Shown: positions 36,548-46,525, numbered from the stretch's first letter. The stretch: DNA of 64,000 nucleotides from Candidatus Hadarchaeota archaeon (GCA_964474885.1 CAYYWO010000003.1:57337-121336), one strand, 5' to 3'. The notes: generated by a model from the letters alone, not told the origin. A program made the numbers and translations.

Positions 36548-38307
36548 TGAGGTTGATCAATCCGGAAAAATATTCTGACCTCCGCTTAACACTCAGGAAA
36601 CTGAGGAAACCTCTCTCCCTGAATGAGTATCTGAACCAGAGCTTATTGCTGGCTTTAGTTGTGGGAATAGTTGTGGCAGCTGCTCTCTTTTTGTTCTCCT
36701 TTCTATTACACTTGCCTTCTCTCTTCATGTATCTGCCTTTCTTCTTGGCTCCGCTGAGCTCTTACTTGGTTTGGAGGATCATGCTGTGGTATCCCTGGAG
36801 CGCCGTAAAGGGTAGGGAAGTTAAGATAGATCTCATGCTTCCCTCAGCTGTTTCTTTCATGTATGCTCTCAGCAAGGGGGGGTTAACGGTAGCCGAGATT
36901 TTCCGGATGTTGAGTCAAGAGAGGGAAGACTATGGGGAAGTAGCGGTTGAGGCGGCTAGTTTCGTCCGAGAACTGGATTATCTTGGATATGATCCTGTTA
37001 CCGCCCTAAGGAACCTAGCTTCCACGACTCCCTCTCAGAAATTCAGGAGGCTAATAGAATTCCTCATCCCGGTGGTCCAGACGGGGGCAAATCTAGCAGA
37101 TTATTTTGCCCAGAAATGCAAAGAGCTATACGAGGCTGCCGAGGTCGATCAAAAAAGGTACTTGGACACCTTGGCATTCTATGCAGAATTCTATGTCATC
37201 CTGATGCTCTTTGCCCCATTGGTTCTGATCGTGACCCTGATGGCAGTCATGGCTTTTTATGGAGCCTCTATGATGATACTCTATATCTTGGGATATCTGC
37301 TCATCCCGCTCGGTTCAATCTTCTTTATAGTTCTCCTTAGCATGAAAGGCTTCGGAGTTATAGGTAGTAGGAAAGTTGAGCGCAAGAAATACTTCCGTAA
37401 AGTGCGCCCCCGCAATCAGATTGAGAAGAGCATGCTTAGGAGGCTGCTTCCAGCTGAGACAATGCCGGAAATCTTACTTCACCCAATGAGAGTTTTCAAA
37501 ACACAACCGCACCAGGTTATGTTTTTCAGCGGAGGTGCAGCTTCTCTCTTTTTGTTTTCTTTCTTCCCCCATATCAACTTGACTACACTATTCTATGCGT
37601 TTCTGATCCTCGTGGTACCTTTTATTATTTTCCATGAGATCTGGAGCAGGAAGTTGAGCCAACTGGTGGAATACCTGCCAGAGTTTCTTCATTCTTTTGC
37701 GAGTGCAGCCTCCGCTGGTGTCCCCCCAGCTCATGCCATAAAGCTGGTGCCCGCAAGGGAACTAGGCCCCCTGAGAGAGGATGTACAGAGGATGGTGAAA
37801 TACATTAATTGGGGGGACTCCTCAGTTGAAGCAGTTCACAAAGTGGAGAGAGAGTGCGGAAACAATTATCTCTCAAGGACGATGGCAGTAGTGAGAAGGG
37901 CATGCTTAGCAAAAGGTGAAATCGCTGATGTCCTCCAGGTTCTCGCAACCGACGCCACTCAGCTGAGAGCTTTGAAGAGGGAAAGATGGGCAGCGATGTT
38001 TTCATATGCGCTCATAGTCTACATTTCTTTTGCGGTCTTTCTTTTCTGCATGGTCATGCTGACGCGTTTTCAATCTCTAGGCCAATTAGCTACAACTACT
38101 CCAACCACAACAAAACTCGGCATGACGGCCCCAGTTTACCAGGTCAAAACGACAACCCCATCTGTTGTGTGGCATGCAACAATGCTGCAGGCATTTTTTT
38201 CTGGCTTGATAGCGGGGCAGTTCTCAACTGGTAGATTGTTCTCGGGGTTGAAGCACTCAGTTATAATGATGACGGTAGCATTTGTTGTTTTGAACTTTTT
38301 TGCCTAG
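36547..38307 (+). CDS. ArlJ/FlaJ/TadC-like polytopic membrane platform protein.
   Basis: 586 aa with two repeats of the T2SSF-like helical domain. It directly follows the ATPase, overlapping by one base. Confidence 0.7.
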   Translation: MRLINPEKYSDLRLTLRKLRKPLSLNEYLNQSLLLALVVGIVVAAALFLFSFLLHLPSLFMYLPFFLAPLSSYLVWRIMLWYPWSAVKGREVKIDLMLPSAVSFMYALSKGGLTVAEIFRMLSQEREDYGEVAVEAASFVRELDYLGYDPVTALRNLASTTPSQKFRRLIEFLIPVVQTGANLADYFAQKCKELYEAAEVDQKRYLDTLAFYAEFYVILMLFAPLVLIVTLMAVMAFYGASMMILYILGYLLIPLGSIFFIVLLSMKGFGVIGSRKVERKKYFRKVRPRNQIEKSMLRRLLPAETMPEILLHPMRVFKTQPHQVMFFSGGAASLFLFSFFPHINLTTLFYAFLILVVPFIIFHEIWSRKLSQLVEYLPEFLHSFASAASAGVPPAHAIKLVPARELGPLREDVQRMVKYINWGDSSVEAVHKVERECGNNYLSRTMAVVRRACLAKGEIADVLQVLATDATQLRALKRERWAAMFSYALIVYISFAVFLFCMVMLTRFQSLGQLATTTPTTTKLGMTAPVYQVKTTTPSVVWHATMLQAFFSGLIAGQFSTGRLFSGLKHSVIMMTVAFVVLNFFA

Positions 38308-39534
38308 TCAGGTGGGAATTTCCCCAGGAGCGGCTCTCCTCCGGAGAAGCACTATGAGCACAACGATCACAACGACCAACACGACCGCAACGAGCACCAT
38401 GTTGGTGCCAGCGGGCAGGGCGGTGGGTTGAGAAGGTGTCTTTACTTCCTTCCCGAAGATGTAGACTTTGTGCTCCTTGTCTGACCTAGAGGTGCAGGCT
38501 ATCATATAGTCCCCCCCATCTGACATGTCTATACTTTCCACGTTCCCCTCAATACCAGTGACCAAGGTAGACTTCCATTTCAAACTCTGCCCTTCGAGGT
38601 AGTAAACAGTAGCCATGTCAGCTGCGAAAACTTTAGTACCATCTGAGCTTATGGCTACCGAAGAAGCGGGGGAGGTGCTCTCCATGAGTAAGGTACTCGT
38701 CCCATCCCGCTTGTAAAGAATGAACTTCGCTGTTTCGCTTCCGGCAGCAGCGACCGCGCTGTTACCATCAGGTGTCACATCAACTCCGAATACGCAAACA
38801 CCAGGATTCCACTCTCTTACCACGCTTCCATTATCTGTCAGCATTAGCACCTTTCCATCTCGGGTCCCCGCAACTATCGTACTTCCATCGGCAGAGATAG
38901 CGACGCAGGTAGTGTATCCTTCCTTTACAAAGCGGAGGCCGCTATCATCGAAAATGTATAAACCATTGTCTGTGGCAGCTGCCGAAATCCGACCGTTTCT
39001 CGACAGAGCCACGGCAATTACAATGTATCCATATTTGCCCCTCCATAGGGGGGTTCCATCCTCCGAGAAAAGTGTAACGTGACCATCAGATGAGCCAGCG
39101 ATCACTCTTTTGCCATCACCCGAAATGGCCACAGCTCTAGCGTAAGGAGATATTTTCTCGACCTGATACTCCCACGACAGGGTTGCTTGTCCCGTTTGCT
39201 CCAAGGTGTTTGAGTAGCATCTTACCCACCCATCATTACATCCAGCTACGAAGGCCGAACCATCGGCAGAGATAGCCACGGAATTGACATAGGAGTAGCC
39301 ACTGTATTTGTACTCCCATGCTTTGGAAACTTTATTCCCCATAAGCTTGAACACCCAAATCTTCATCAAATCACCTCCCGCTACGAACCACTTTCCATCG
39401 GCGGACACTGATACCGAGTTTACCCAGTCACCACCTTCGTACTTAAAAATAGGTGAAGATTCGGTTTGGGCTAATGCTGCCAAGATGAGAGCTAGGCATG
39501 CAAGAACGCTGACAGTTCTTGCATCCTTCTTCAT
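38308..39534 (-). CDS. Secreted beta-propeller repeat protein with a C-terminal TM anchor.
   Basis: An N-terminal signal ('MKKDARTVSVLACLALILAALA'), at least 7 repeats of the form 'V.IS.DG...VAG..DG.V', and a C-terminal 'VLVAVVLVVVIVVLIVLLRRR'. The start is trimmed to M5. Confidence 0.5.
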   Translation of the reverse strand: MKKDARTVSVLACLALILAALAQTESSPIFKYEGGDWVNSVSVSADGKWFVAGGDLMKIWVFKLMGNKVSKAWEYKYSGYSYVNSVAISADGSAFVAGCNDGWVRCYSNTLEQTGQATLSWEYQVEKISPYARAVAISGDGKRVIAGSSDGHVTLFSEDGTPLWRGKYGYIVIAVALSRNGRISAAATDNGLYIFDDSGLRFVKEGYTTCVAISADGSTIVAGTRDGKVLMLTDNGSVVREWNPGVCVFGVDVTPDGNSAVAAAGSETAKFILYKRDGTSTLLMESTSPASSVAISSDGTKVFAADMATVYYLEGQSLKWKSTLVTGIEGNVESIDMSDGGDYMIACTSRSDKEHKVYIFGKEVKTPSQPTALPAGTNMVLVAVVLVVVIVVLIVLLRRRAAPGEIPT

Positions 39535-39962
39535 ATTATTCCCCATTTGGGTCTTCCCTTGTAGGTTAGTGAAAGGTAAGCGCCCACTATTAAGAGGAAA
39601 GCTCCAGCGGCATATAACACCAATGCGGCCCCCACTCCGCCGACGGCGCTCAGGATCATCAGTCCACCTCCTCTTTTTGGTTCATCCAGGACTACAACGG
39701 CCCCCACCAAGCCTATTAGTGCGAACGCCGCACCGATTGCTGGGAGGAAAATATTTTTAGGTGTAATCAGTGCGGTATAGGTCGCATATTCTTCGGGGAA
39801 CAAACCAGCTTGGCCGAGGAAGAAGGTTGCATAGCCTGCTAATGATCCAATCAAGCCCATTAGTCCACCCAACAGACCTATGATGCAAGCAGCGATGGCA
39901 CGCCGAGATAGTGAAGGCCTTGGACCTTCCGGAGAGGGTGTGGAGCTTGGCTTTACATCCAT
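39531..39962 (-). CDS. Small polytopic membrane protein.
   Basis: Three or four hydrophobic helices rich in Gly and Ala. It is upstream of and overlapping the beta-propeller gene. Confidence 0.35.
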   Translation of the reverse strand: MDVKPSSTPSPEGPRPSLSRRAIAACIIGLLGGLMGLIGSLAGYATFFLGQAGLFPEEYATYTALITPKNIFLPAIGAAFALIGLVGAVVVLDEPKRGGGLMILSAVGGVGAALVLYAAGAFLLIVGAYLSLTYKGRPKWGII

Positions 39963-39991
39963 CCGTATATCAACAAAGGGTTTAAAAAGCG

Positions 39992-40543
39992 ATGCGGACG
40001 AAAAATCTCTTTTTAACCGGTAGGCCTGGCTCGGGGAAAAGCAGCATAATCCAGAAGATCGTTGATGTGGTCTCCTCTCAGGGTCTAGATATTTGTGGTG
40101 TACTATGTCCAGAGATCCGAATAGGAGGAAAAAGAGTCGGTTTTAAAATAATAGAGCTCCGGACTCGTCAAGAGGACATTTTGGCCCATGTAGAGTTAAC
40201 GAATGGACCTCGCGTTGGGAAGTATAGGGTCAATTTGGTTGGAGTCGAGAAAATCGTGAGGGGGGCAATGAGTCTGATTGATGGCTCGGATATCATCGTT
40301 ATAGATGAGGTGGGTCCAATGGAGGTGACCAGTCAAGCCTTCAGAGCCTTCGTTCTAAAGAGCCTCGATAGTACGAAACCCGTTCTGGGGGCAATCCACA
40401 TGAGGACCCAAAGCGGTTTCATTGGAGGTATAAAAAGAAGATCGGATGTCCTGCTTCTGCATGTACAGCCCGAAAAGAGAGAGGAAATGTTTCAACGAGT
40501 TCTAGACATTGTTAAAGACATGCTAGACATTAAGGTAAGATGA
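39992..40543 (+). CDS. THEP1-family nucleoside triphosphatase.
   Basis: 'LFLTGRPGSGKSSII' (Walker A), 'IIVIDEVGPME' (Walker B), and a length of about 183 aa. Confidence 0.7.
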   Translation: MRTKNLFLTGRPGSGKSSIIQKIVDVVSSQGLDICGVLCPEIRIGGKRVGFKIIELRTRQEDILAHVELTNGPRVGKYRVNLVGVEKIVRGAMSLIDGSDIIVIDEVGPMEVTSQAFRAFVLKSLDSTKPVLGAIHMRTQSGFIGGIKRRSDVLLLHVQPEKREEMFQRVLDIVKDMLDIKVR

Positions 40544-40818
40544 AGATACCTTCAAAAATCAGAACTTACTGTCCCTATTGCGGCGCACACACCGAGCATG
40601 AAGTCTCGGTCCAAAAGAAAAGACCTGCGAGGAGCTTAAGTTGGGGCCAGAGGCAGTTTGCTAGAATAATGAAAGGTTATGGGAGCCAGCCACGTTCGGA
40701 GCAGCGACACTTCGCGAAAATAAGTAAGAAGGTATCACTCGTTCTCAGGTGCACCAAATGTAAGAAGGCTCACCAGAAGGTTGGTTTTAGGGCAAAGAAG
40801 TACGAAATCAAAGGGTAA
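40540..40818 (+). CDS. rpl44e: Ribosomal protein eL42 (L44e).
   Basis: 'YCPYCGAHTEHEV...RCTKCKKAH' is the C4 zinc ribbon typical of L44e. Confidence 0.85.
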   Translation: MKIPSKIRTYCPYCGAHTEHEVSVQKKRPARSLSWGQRQFARIMKGYGSQPRSEQRHFAKISKKVSLVLRCTKCKKAHQKVGFRAKKYEIKG

Positions 40819-40976
40819 TGCCGGGTAGATTCATCGTTGTTAAGTGTGAATGTGGTCACCAACAGGTGGTCTTCAGCCATGCTTCCATTCCCGTGAAGTG
40901 TCTGAAATGTGGGAAGACCATTGCCGTACCCACTGGGGGGAAAGCCCAGATCCTAGGTAAGGTGATAGCGTGGTGA
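40818..40976 (+). CDS. rps27e: Ribosomal protein eS27 (S27e), 52 aa, absent from the supplied ORF track.
   Basis: Hand translation gives MPGRFIVVKCECGHQQVVFSHASIPVKCLKCGKTIAVPTGGKAQILGKVIAW, a C4 zinc finger. The ATG overlaps the L44e stop (TAATG). Confidence 0.8.
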   Translation: MPGRFIVVKCECGHQQVVFSHASIPVKCLKCGKTIAVPTGGKAQILGKVIAW

Positions 40977-41755
40977 GGAAGGAGGCGGAGTACCCATCGG
41001 TGAACGAGCTAGTCGTTTGTACTGTGATTCAGGTTTTTGATGAAGGGGCCTTCGTGAGTTTGGACGAGTACGGTGGGAAAAGGGGGATGATACACTTGAG
41101 AGAAGTCGCCTCAGGTTGGATAAAGAATATCAGGGATCATATAAGGGAAAATCAGAAAGTAGTTTGCAGGGTGATCTCAGTCGACCCTAACAGGCGAATC
41201 ATAGACCTTTCAATTCGTCGAGTGGCAGAAAGCGAAAAGAAGCATAAGTTGAAGGAGTTCGAGATCGAAAATAGGGCGGAGAAATTACTTTTGCTAGCGG
41301 CAAAAAAACTCAGGAAAAACCTAGACAAGGCTTATCGTGAGGCAGGCTTTCCTCTCATGAGAAAGTACGGATCCCTATCTCAAGCTTTTGAACAGATCGC
41401 GCAGAAGGGTGAGGAGGCCTTGAAAGGCTTATCTCTATCAAGAGGGTGGGTTCGCTCATTGCTCTCAGTTTCTAGGGGTTTGGTGAGGCCCTCAGTTTAT
41501 CAAGTGAAAGGATACCTCATCCTAACCTGCGACAAACCGAACGGAGTCGAGGTGCTGAAAAACGCGATGTTGGAGGCAAAGCGAAAGGTTGGAGAAAAAG
41601 TTGAGTTTTATCTTGAAGGCTCACCACGGTACAGGATAGTCGCGAGAGGAGACTCATATAAAGAGGCGGAGGAGATCCTGCAGGAGGCATCAAATGCTGT
41701 TTTAGCTTTTGTCAAATCGGCCGGCGGAGAAGGGGAATTCAGGAGGGAAAAATGA
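40970..41755 (+). CDS. Translation initiation factor aIF2 alpha subunit.
   Basis: An S1 domain ('ELVVCTVIQVFDEGAFVSLDEYGGKRGMIHLREV'), then helical and alpha-beta domains. It uses a GTG start overlapping S27e. Confidence 0.85.
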   Translation: MVRKEAEYPSVNELVVCTVIQVFDEGAFVSLDEYGGKRGMIHLREVASGWIKNIRDHIRENQKVVCRVISVDPNRRIIDLSIRRVAESEKKHKLKEFEIENRAEKLLLLAAKKLRKNLDKAYREAGFPLMRKYGSLSQAFEQIAQKGEEALKGLSLSRGWVRSLLSVSRGLVRPSVYQVKGYLILTCDKPNGVEVLKNAMLEAKRKVGEKVEFYLEGSPRYRIVARGDSYKEAEEILQEASNAVLAFVKSAGGEGEFRREK

Positions 41756-41928
41756 GACTCAAGAGATGTCGAGCATGTGGGAGATACACCATGAGGGAGA
41801 TATGCCCCTCATGTGGTAGCAAGACGGGCTCACCACACCCACCTAAGTTTTCTCCTGAGGACAGATATGGTAAGTATCGTAGGCTTATGAGACTGGAAGC
41901 TCAGAAAAATGATGGATTCAAAAGTTAG
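41752..41928 (+). CDS. nop10: H/ACA RNP protein Nop10 (58 aa).
   Basis: Hand translation gives MRLKRCRACGRYTMREICPSCGSKTGSPHPPKFSPEDRYGKYRRL..., a Zn ribbon plus the conserved 'PPKFSPEDKY' motif. It follows aIF2alpha in the usual conserved order. Confidence 0.8.
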   Translation: MRLKRCRACGRYTMREICPSCGSKTGSPHPPKFSPEDRYGKYRRLMRLEAQKNDGFKS

Positions 41929-42649
41929 GTTCCTGTTCAAACCCCAGCTGAAAAATCCGGTCCTGATAGCTGGTTTGCCAGGTGTGGGTCAGATCGGAAA
42001 ACTTGCTTCTGACTTCCTTATTCAACAGCTATCCGCAAAAAAATTTGCCGAGCAACTGTCGCCATACTTTCCCCACTATGCAACTCTGGATCGTTCAGGT
42101 ATGCTCAGACCCACGTGCCATGAGTTCTTCTATGCCAATCACTCTAGGCGAGATCTCATAATCCTAACCGGTGAATATCCATTGACGAGCTGTGAGGGCC
42201 ACTACAAGGTGGCAATCGAAATCTTGAACGCAATGGAGAAGGTAGGAGTAAGGGAAATTTACACAATAGGCGGTTATATTCCTACTTCGGGGAAAGAAAA
42301 GGGGGAGGTTGTGATCATGCCGAACACCGAAGTCCTTTCTCGGTTGAGTTCAGGAATCGAGGTAGAAGTAGGCCCTGTGATCGGCTTGACGGGATTGCTT
42401 GTTTCTCTAGCTGGGTTAAGAGGGATCAAGGGGGCGATCCTCTTAGCGGAGGCTGGCGACCCGCTTGTAGATAGCCGATCAGCCAAGAAGGTTTTACAGA
42501 CTCTCTGTGGCATTCTCGATCTCAAGCTGAACTTGTCAGATTTGGATCGGCAAGCTGAAGTGCTGAGAGAGTGGGTCGAGAGGTTAAAGAAAGAGATCAG
42601 GAAGAGGGAGGCACCACCGGCGAAGGAAGAAACTTGGTATATATCCTAA
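41909..42649 (+). CDS. PAC2-family (proteasome assembly chaperone-like) protein.
   Basis: 'NPVLIAGLPGVGQIGKLASDFLI' is the PAC2 N-terminal motif. The length is about 246 aa. Confidence 0.55.
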   Translation: MMDSKVRFLFKPQLKNPVLIAGLPGVGQIGKLASDFLIQQLSAKKFAEQLSPYFPHYATLDRSGMLRPTCHEFFYANHSRRDLIILTGEYPLTSCEGHYKVAIEILNAMEKVGVREIYTIGGYIPTSGKEKGEVVIMPNTEVLSRLSSGIEVEVGPVIGLTGLLVSLAGLRGIKGAILLAEAGDPLVDSRSAKKVLQTLCGILDLKLNLSDLDRQAEVLREWVERLKKEIRKREAPPAKEETWYIS

Positions 42650-43959
42650 GGGACGAGCCTGTGCCGATCTCGGGGGAAGAGGACGCACTCCCGGATGTTC
42701 TGTTCCCCCGTGAGAACCATCAAAAACCGATCGAGTCCAAGACCCCATCCCGCATGAGGAGGGATCAGTCCCCACCTGAAGTGCCTCAAATGGGGCTCGA
42801 AGTTCTCGGGATTGAGTCCGTTCTCCTCTAGCCTGCGCTCGAGGAGCTGAGGATCGTGTATTCTGGTGCCCCCCGACGCCAACTCGAGGTCTTTCCACAT
42901 TAGATCGAAGGTTTCCGTGACTCTCTCGTCGTGCTTGCATGGCATGGCGTAGAAGGGCTTCGTTTTCGTGGGCCATTCGGTAATGAAGTAAAACCCCCTA
43001 TCCTCTCCGAGCGCTTTCTCGGCAGGGGTTGGGAGATCTTCCCCCCACTCGATCCGGATTCCTTTCTTCTCCAAGATCTGTAGGACTTCGGTGTATGAGT
43101 ATCGCGGAAACGGAGCTTCAGGAACCTCAAGCTTTCTCCCCAGCACCTCAAGTTCTTTTTCCGCAAGCTCTTTTGTTTTCTTCAAGGTGAAAATGATGAG
43201 TTCTTCTAGGACTCGCATGACGTCATCGCAGTTCGAGAAGGCCATTTCAATATCCACGGATGTGCACTCGTTCAAGTGTTTGTTAGTATTGAACTCCTCA
43301 GCCCTGAAAATGGGTCCTATTTCGTAAACTTTCTCAAAGCATCCCGTCAGTATTTCTTTGAATAGTTGAGGACTCTGGCTGAGAAAAGCTTCTTTTTCGA
43401 AGTAGGCTACGGGAAAGAGTGCAGATCCGCTCTCAGTTGCGGTGGCCACGATTTTTGGTGTTTGGACTTCCAAGAAGCCTCTTGAGTTCAGAAATTCGCG
43501 GATAGCGTTGGTCACAACATGACGGATCTTGAAAATGGCTCTTCTTTTCGGATGCCGCAGATCGAGAATCCTTGCATTCAACCTAGTATCGAGCGACGAC
43601 TTGATTCTCCCAGTGGGATCGAGGGGTAAGGGGACGGAGGCTCTGCTGAAGACTTCGATTTCCTGAGGAATCACCTCCACCCCTCGCGGGGCTTGGGGAG
43701 TCCTCTTGACCCTTCCTCTCACCCAAACTGTGCTCTCAGGGGTTATCTGGTCAATTTTGGTGAAGACTTCAGGAGGAGTCTGGACTCTGGGTGCAGCTAT
43801 CTGAATTTCTCCATCCCTGTCATAGAGAATGAAGAATTTGATGCCCCCTAAGTCTCTGATGACCCTGACATATCCTGCTAAACAGACTTCCTGGCCCTCG
43901 AGTTCCCCATGTATCTCAGAACACGAGTGAGTTTTAACCCGTCTATCCTTTAACCGCAT
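42646..43959 (-). CDS. aspS: Aspartyl-tRNA synthetase (archaeal type).
   Basis: An N-terminal OB fold, class II motif 2 'IGPIFRAEEFNTNKHLNE', motif 3 'GGFGLGLDRFLMVL', and the archaeal AspRS ending 'FPRDRHRLVP'. Confidence 0.85.
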   Translation of the reverse strand: MRLKDRRVKTHSCSEIHGELEGQEVCLAGYVRVIRDLGGIKFFILYDRDGEIQIAAPRVQTPPEVFTKIDQITPESTVWVRGRVKRTPQAPRGVEVIPQEIEVFSRASVPLPLDPTGRIKSSLDTRLNARILDLRHPKRRAIFKIRHVVTNAIREFLNSRGFLEVQTPKIVATATESGSALFPVAYFEKEAFLSQSPQLFKEILTGCFEKVYEIGPIFRAEEFNTNKHLNECTSVDIEMAFSNCDDVMRVLEELIIFTLKKTKELAEKELEVLGRKLEVPEAPFPRYSYTEVLQILEKKGIRIEWGEDLPTPAEKALGEDRGFYFITEWPTKTKPFYAMPCKHDERVTETFDLMWKDLELASGGTRIHDPQLLERRLEENGLNPENFEPHLRHFRWGLIPPHAGWGLGLDRFLMVLTGEQNIRECVLFPRDRHRLVP

Positions 43960-43987
43960 CGATAGCTACGGGTCCAAAAAGTTAGTC

Positions 43988-44284
43988 TTACTCGCCCTTG
44001 GCTAGGGTTATCTCGATGGTGGAGACGTTGACTTTTCTTCCGTCTTCGGTTTGCACAGTCTCCGTCCCTATGGAGATGTTTTTCACGCTGACGTCTGGCA
44101 GGAATCTCTGTCTCACGACTTCGGCCGTATCAACAGCCCTGTTTATTGCCCTACCCCTAGCCTTTATCGAAACCTCCTTGGCACCCTCGTGGAACTGTGT
44201 TATAACCGCCAAGACATAGTTCATCACTGGCTTGGACCCAATAAAGACGGCATTCCCCGCCTGTGTTTTTTGCTCGGCTGCCAT
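43988..44284 (-). CDS. albA: Chromatin/RNA-binding protein Alba.
   Basis: '[46 protein letters not shown]'. The start is trimmed to M14. Confidence 0.8.
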   Translation of the reverse strand: MAAEQKTQAGNAVFIGSKPVMNYVLAVITQFHEGAKEVSIKARGRAINRAVDTAEVVRQRFLPDVSVKNISIGTETVQTEDGRKVNVSTIEITLAKGE

Positions 44285-44302
44285 TATTACCCTCAAGGGT
44301 TC

Positions 44303-44311
44303 CTTTAAATA
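44303..44311. promoter_or_regulatory. Shared divergent TATA region for Alba and the thermosome gene.
   Basis: 'cctttaaatac' lies about 20 nt upstream of the Alba ATG (minus strand) and about 50 nt upstream of the thermosome ATG. Confidence 0.35.
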
Positions 44312-44361
44312 CCCGTATCCCACCGAAAAAGCTAAAAAAGGGGTTGAGCTCTTTGGACTTG

Positions 44362-46011
44362 ATGGCAGCGGTTGCCCAGCTAGGAGGAAGGCCCATTCTA
44401 GTCCTCCCCGAGGGGACGAGGAGAGTTGTTGGTAGGGATGCTAGGAGAATGAACATCATGGCTGCAAGAGTCGTTGCTGAAGCTGTGCGGAGCACACTCG
44501 GCCCCAAGGGTATGGACAAGATGCTGGTGGACAATTTGGGAGATGTTGTGATAACTAACGACGGTGCAACTATCCTCAAGGAAATGGAGGTCGAACATCC
44601 AGCCGCGAAGTTAATGGTTGAGGTGGCGAAAACACAGGACGATGAAGTCGGCGACGGCACGACAACAGCGGTAGTTTTGGCAGGTTCTCTGTTGGAGCAG
44701 GCGGAAAAACTCCTCGATCAGGGCATCCATCCGGCGGTGATTTCAAAGGGGTTCATGATAGCCAACCAAAAAGCTCAAGAGCTTTTGAAGGAGTTCGCTG
44801 ACAGCGTATCCCCTGAAGACGAGGAAATTCTGAAGAAAGTCGCTATGACAGCAGTCACAGGAAAGAAGGCAGAGGCAGGAAAGGCCTTGCTTGCGGACCT
44901 TGTGGTTCGAGCCGTCAAAAAGATCGCCGATCGCGTGGATGGGCGTTATAAGGTTGACATCGACTACATAGGCGTCGAAAAAAGGCCTGGTGGAAGCATC
45001 CTAGATTCCGAACTTGTAGAGGGAGTGATAATCGATAAAGAAGTTGTCAGACCGGGTATGCCAAAATCCGTGAAGGACGCAAAGATAGCCCTGCTTGACT
45101 GTCCATTGGAAATTAAAAAGACTGAGACGGATGCCGAGATCAGAGTTGCCAGGCCCGAGGAGCTCAGAAGCTTTCTGGAAGAAGAAGAGCGGATACTCAG
45201 GGAGATGGTAGAGAAGATAAAGGCAGCTGGAGCAAATGTAGTTTTCTGCCAGAAGGGGATCGATGACACGGCCCAGTACTATTTGGCCAAGGCAGGGATC
45301 ATGGCTGCCCGGAGGGTAAAGAAGTCTGACATGGAAAGATTGGCAAGAGCTACAGGCGGGAGAATAGTGACATCTCTCGAGGATCTAACCCCGAAAGAGC
45401 TGGGGCACGCTGGGCTAGTGGAGGAGAGGAAGATCGGAGATGAAAAGATGATATTTGTCATGGGATGCAAAGATCCTAGGGCAGTAGGTCTTTTGCTCAG
45501 AGGTGGTTCCGAGCATGTGGTCGATGAGGTGGAGAGGGCAGTTCACGATGCAATCTGCGTGGTTGCTGCGTGCCTCGAAGATGGTAAGATCGTTCCCGGT
45601 GGGGGGGCCATGGAGATCGAGCTGGCGAAGCATCTGCGCAAGTATGCCGAGACAGTAGGTGGAAGAGAGGCACTGGCGGTCAAGGCTTTTGCTGATGCAC
45701 TCGAAGTGATTCCGCAGTCCCTAGCTGAGAATGCTGGCATGGACACGGTCGACACCCTAGTTGAGCTTAGAGCAGCTCATGCTAAACCCGAAGGTAAAAG
45801 CATAGGGGTTAATGTCTTTACCAGGAAGATAGCCAACATGAAGGAACTGGGAGTTCTGGAGCCCCTCCGGATGAAGAGTCAGGTAGTCAAATCTGCGAGT
45901 GAGGCTGCTTTGATGGTGTTGAGGGTAGATGACGTCATAGCAGCAGCTAAGAAAGAAACAAAGGGACCACCTGAGAAGAAGGAAGAAGAAGAGGAGAGCT
46001 CCTCAGAGTAA
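44362..46011 (+). CDS. ths: Thermosome (group II chaperonin) subunit.
   Basis: '[26 protein letters not shown]', '[13 protein letters not shown]' and the C-terminal 'GGAMEIELA'. The start is trimmed to ATG 44362. Confidence 0.9.
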   Translation: MAAVAQLGGRPILVLPEGTRRVVGRDARRMNIMAARVVAEAVRSTLGPKGMDKMLVDNLGDVVITNDGATILKEMEVEHPAAKLMVEVAKTQDDEVGDGTTTAVVLAGSLLEQAEKLLDQGIHPAVISKGFMIANQKAQELLKEFADSVSPEDEEILKKVAMTAVTGKKAEAGKALLADLVVRAVKKIADRVDGRYKVDIDYIGVEKRPGGSILDSELVEGVIIDKEVVRPGMPKSVKDAKIALLDCPLEIKKTETDAEIRVARPEELRSFLEEEERILREMVEKIKAAGANVVFCQKGIDDTAQYYLAKAGIMAARRVKKSDMERLARATGGRIVTSLEDLTPKELGHAGLVEERKIGDEKMIFVMGCKDPRAVGLLLRGGSEHVVDEVERAVHDAICVVAACLEDGKIVPGGGAMEIELAKHLRKYAETVGGREALAVKAFADALEVIPQSLAENAGMDTVDTLVELRAAHAKPEGKSIGVNVFTRKIANMKELGVLEPLRMKSQVVKSASEAALMVLRVDDVIAAAKKETKGPPEKKEEEEESSSE

Positions 46012-46017
46012 ACAAAA

Positions 46018-46023
46018 TTTTTT
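46018..46023 (+). terminator. Oligo-T tract after the thermosome gene.
   Basis: 'aaaattttttag' occurs 7 nt after the stop. Archaeal terminators are T-runs. The tract lies between the convergent thermosome and pdaD genes. Confidence 0.3.
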
Positions 46024-46045
46024 AGCTGGAAATCCCCTGCTTTCT

Positions 46046-46525
46046 TTACGGGAGTAAGACAGCGGCAGCTATTGCAGCTCCATGATGTTTCACTGTGTGG
46101 CCAGCGGAAATCGAAAGAACTTTTTTCGGGGTTAGCCCACGGTTCTCCATCATGTACTTGACCATAGCTTCAGCCGTCTTGGCAGCAGTTCTCTCTGTTA
46201 CTCCGATGTCATGATACTCGGATATCATACCATGGGAATCTTCCCCAATAGCAATTCCTAAAGCTGCAGCAATTCTTTGGCCGGGAGTTGAACTCACTAT
46301 TTCAGACATGACGACTGGGACTATCGTGCCCGGTTCCAGATTGGGCATTTCGTCCAGAATTTCACAGTCTTTTGGCAAAATGCTTGAAACCTTCATCAAG
46401 TTGAGTTCTGCGATTCCCGCCTTCCTCAGGGCATTGTCAAAGGCTACGAGCCTGAAAGGACCATCTGCTGACGCAGCAACTAACACAGCTCGGGTAGGTA
46501 AGCTCCGCAGGACTCCTTCTTCCAC
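46046..46525 (-). CDS. pdaD: Pyruvoyl-dependent arginine decarboxylase.
   Basis: 'AFDNALRKAGIAELNLMKVSSILP' contains the self-cleavage Ser region. The length is about 159 aa. Confidence 0.8.
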   Translation of the reverse strand: MEEGVLRSLPTRAVLVAASADGPFRLVAFDNALRKAGIAELNLMKVSSILPKDCEILDEMPNLEPGTIVPVVMSEIVSSTPGQRIAAALGIAIGEDSHGMISEYHDIGVTERTAAKTAEAMVKYMMENRGLTPKKVLSISAGHTVKHHGAAIAAAVLLP

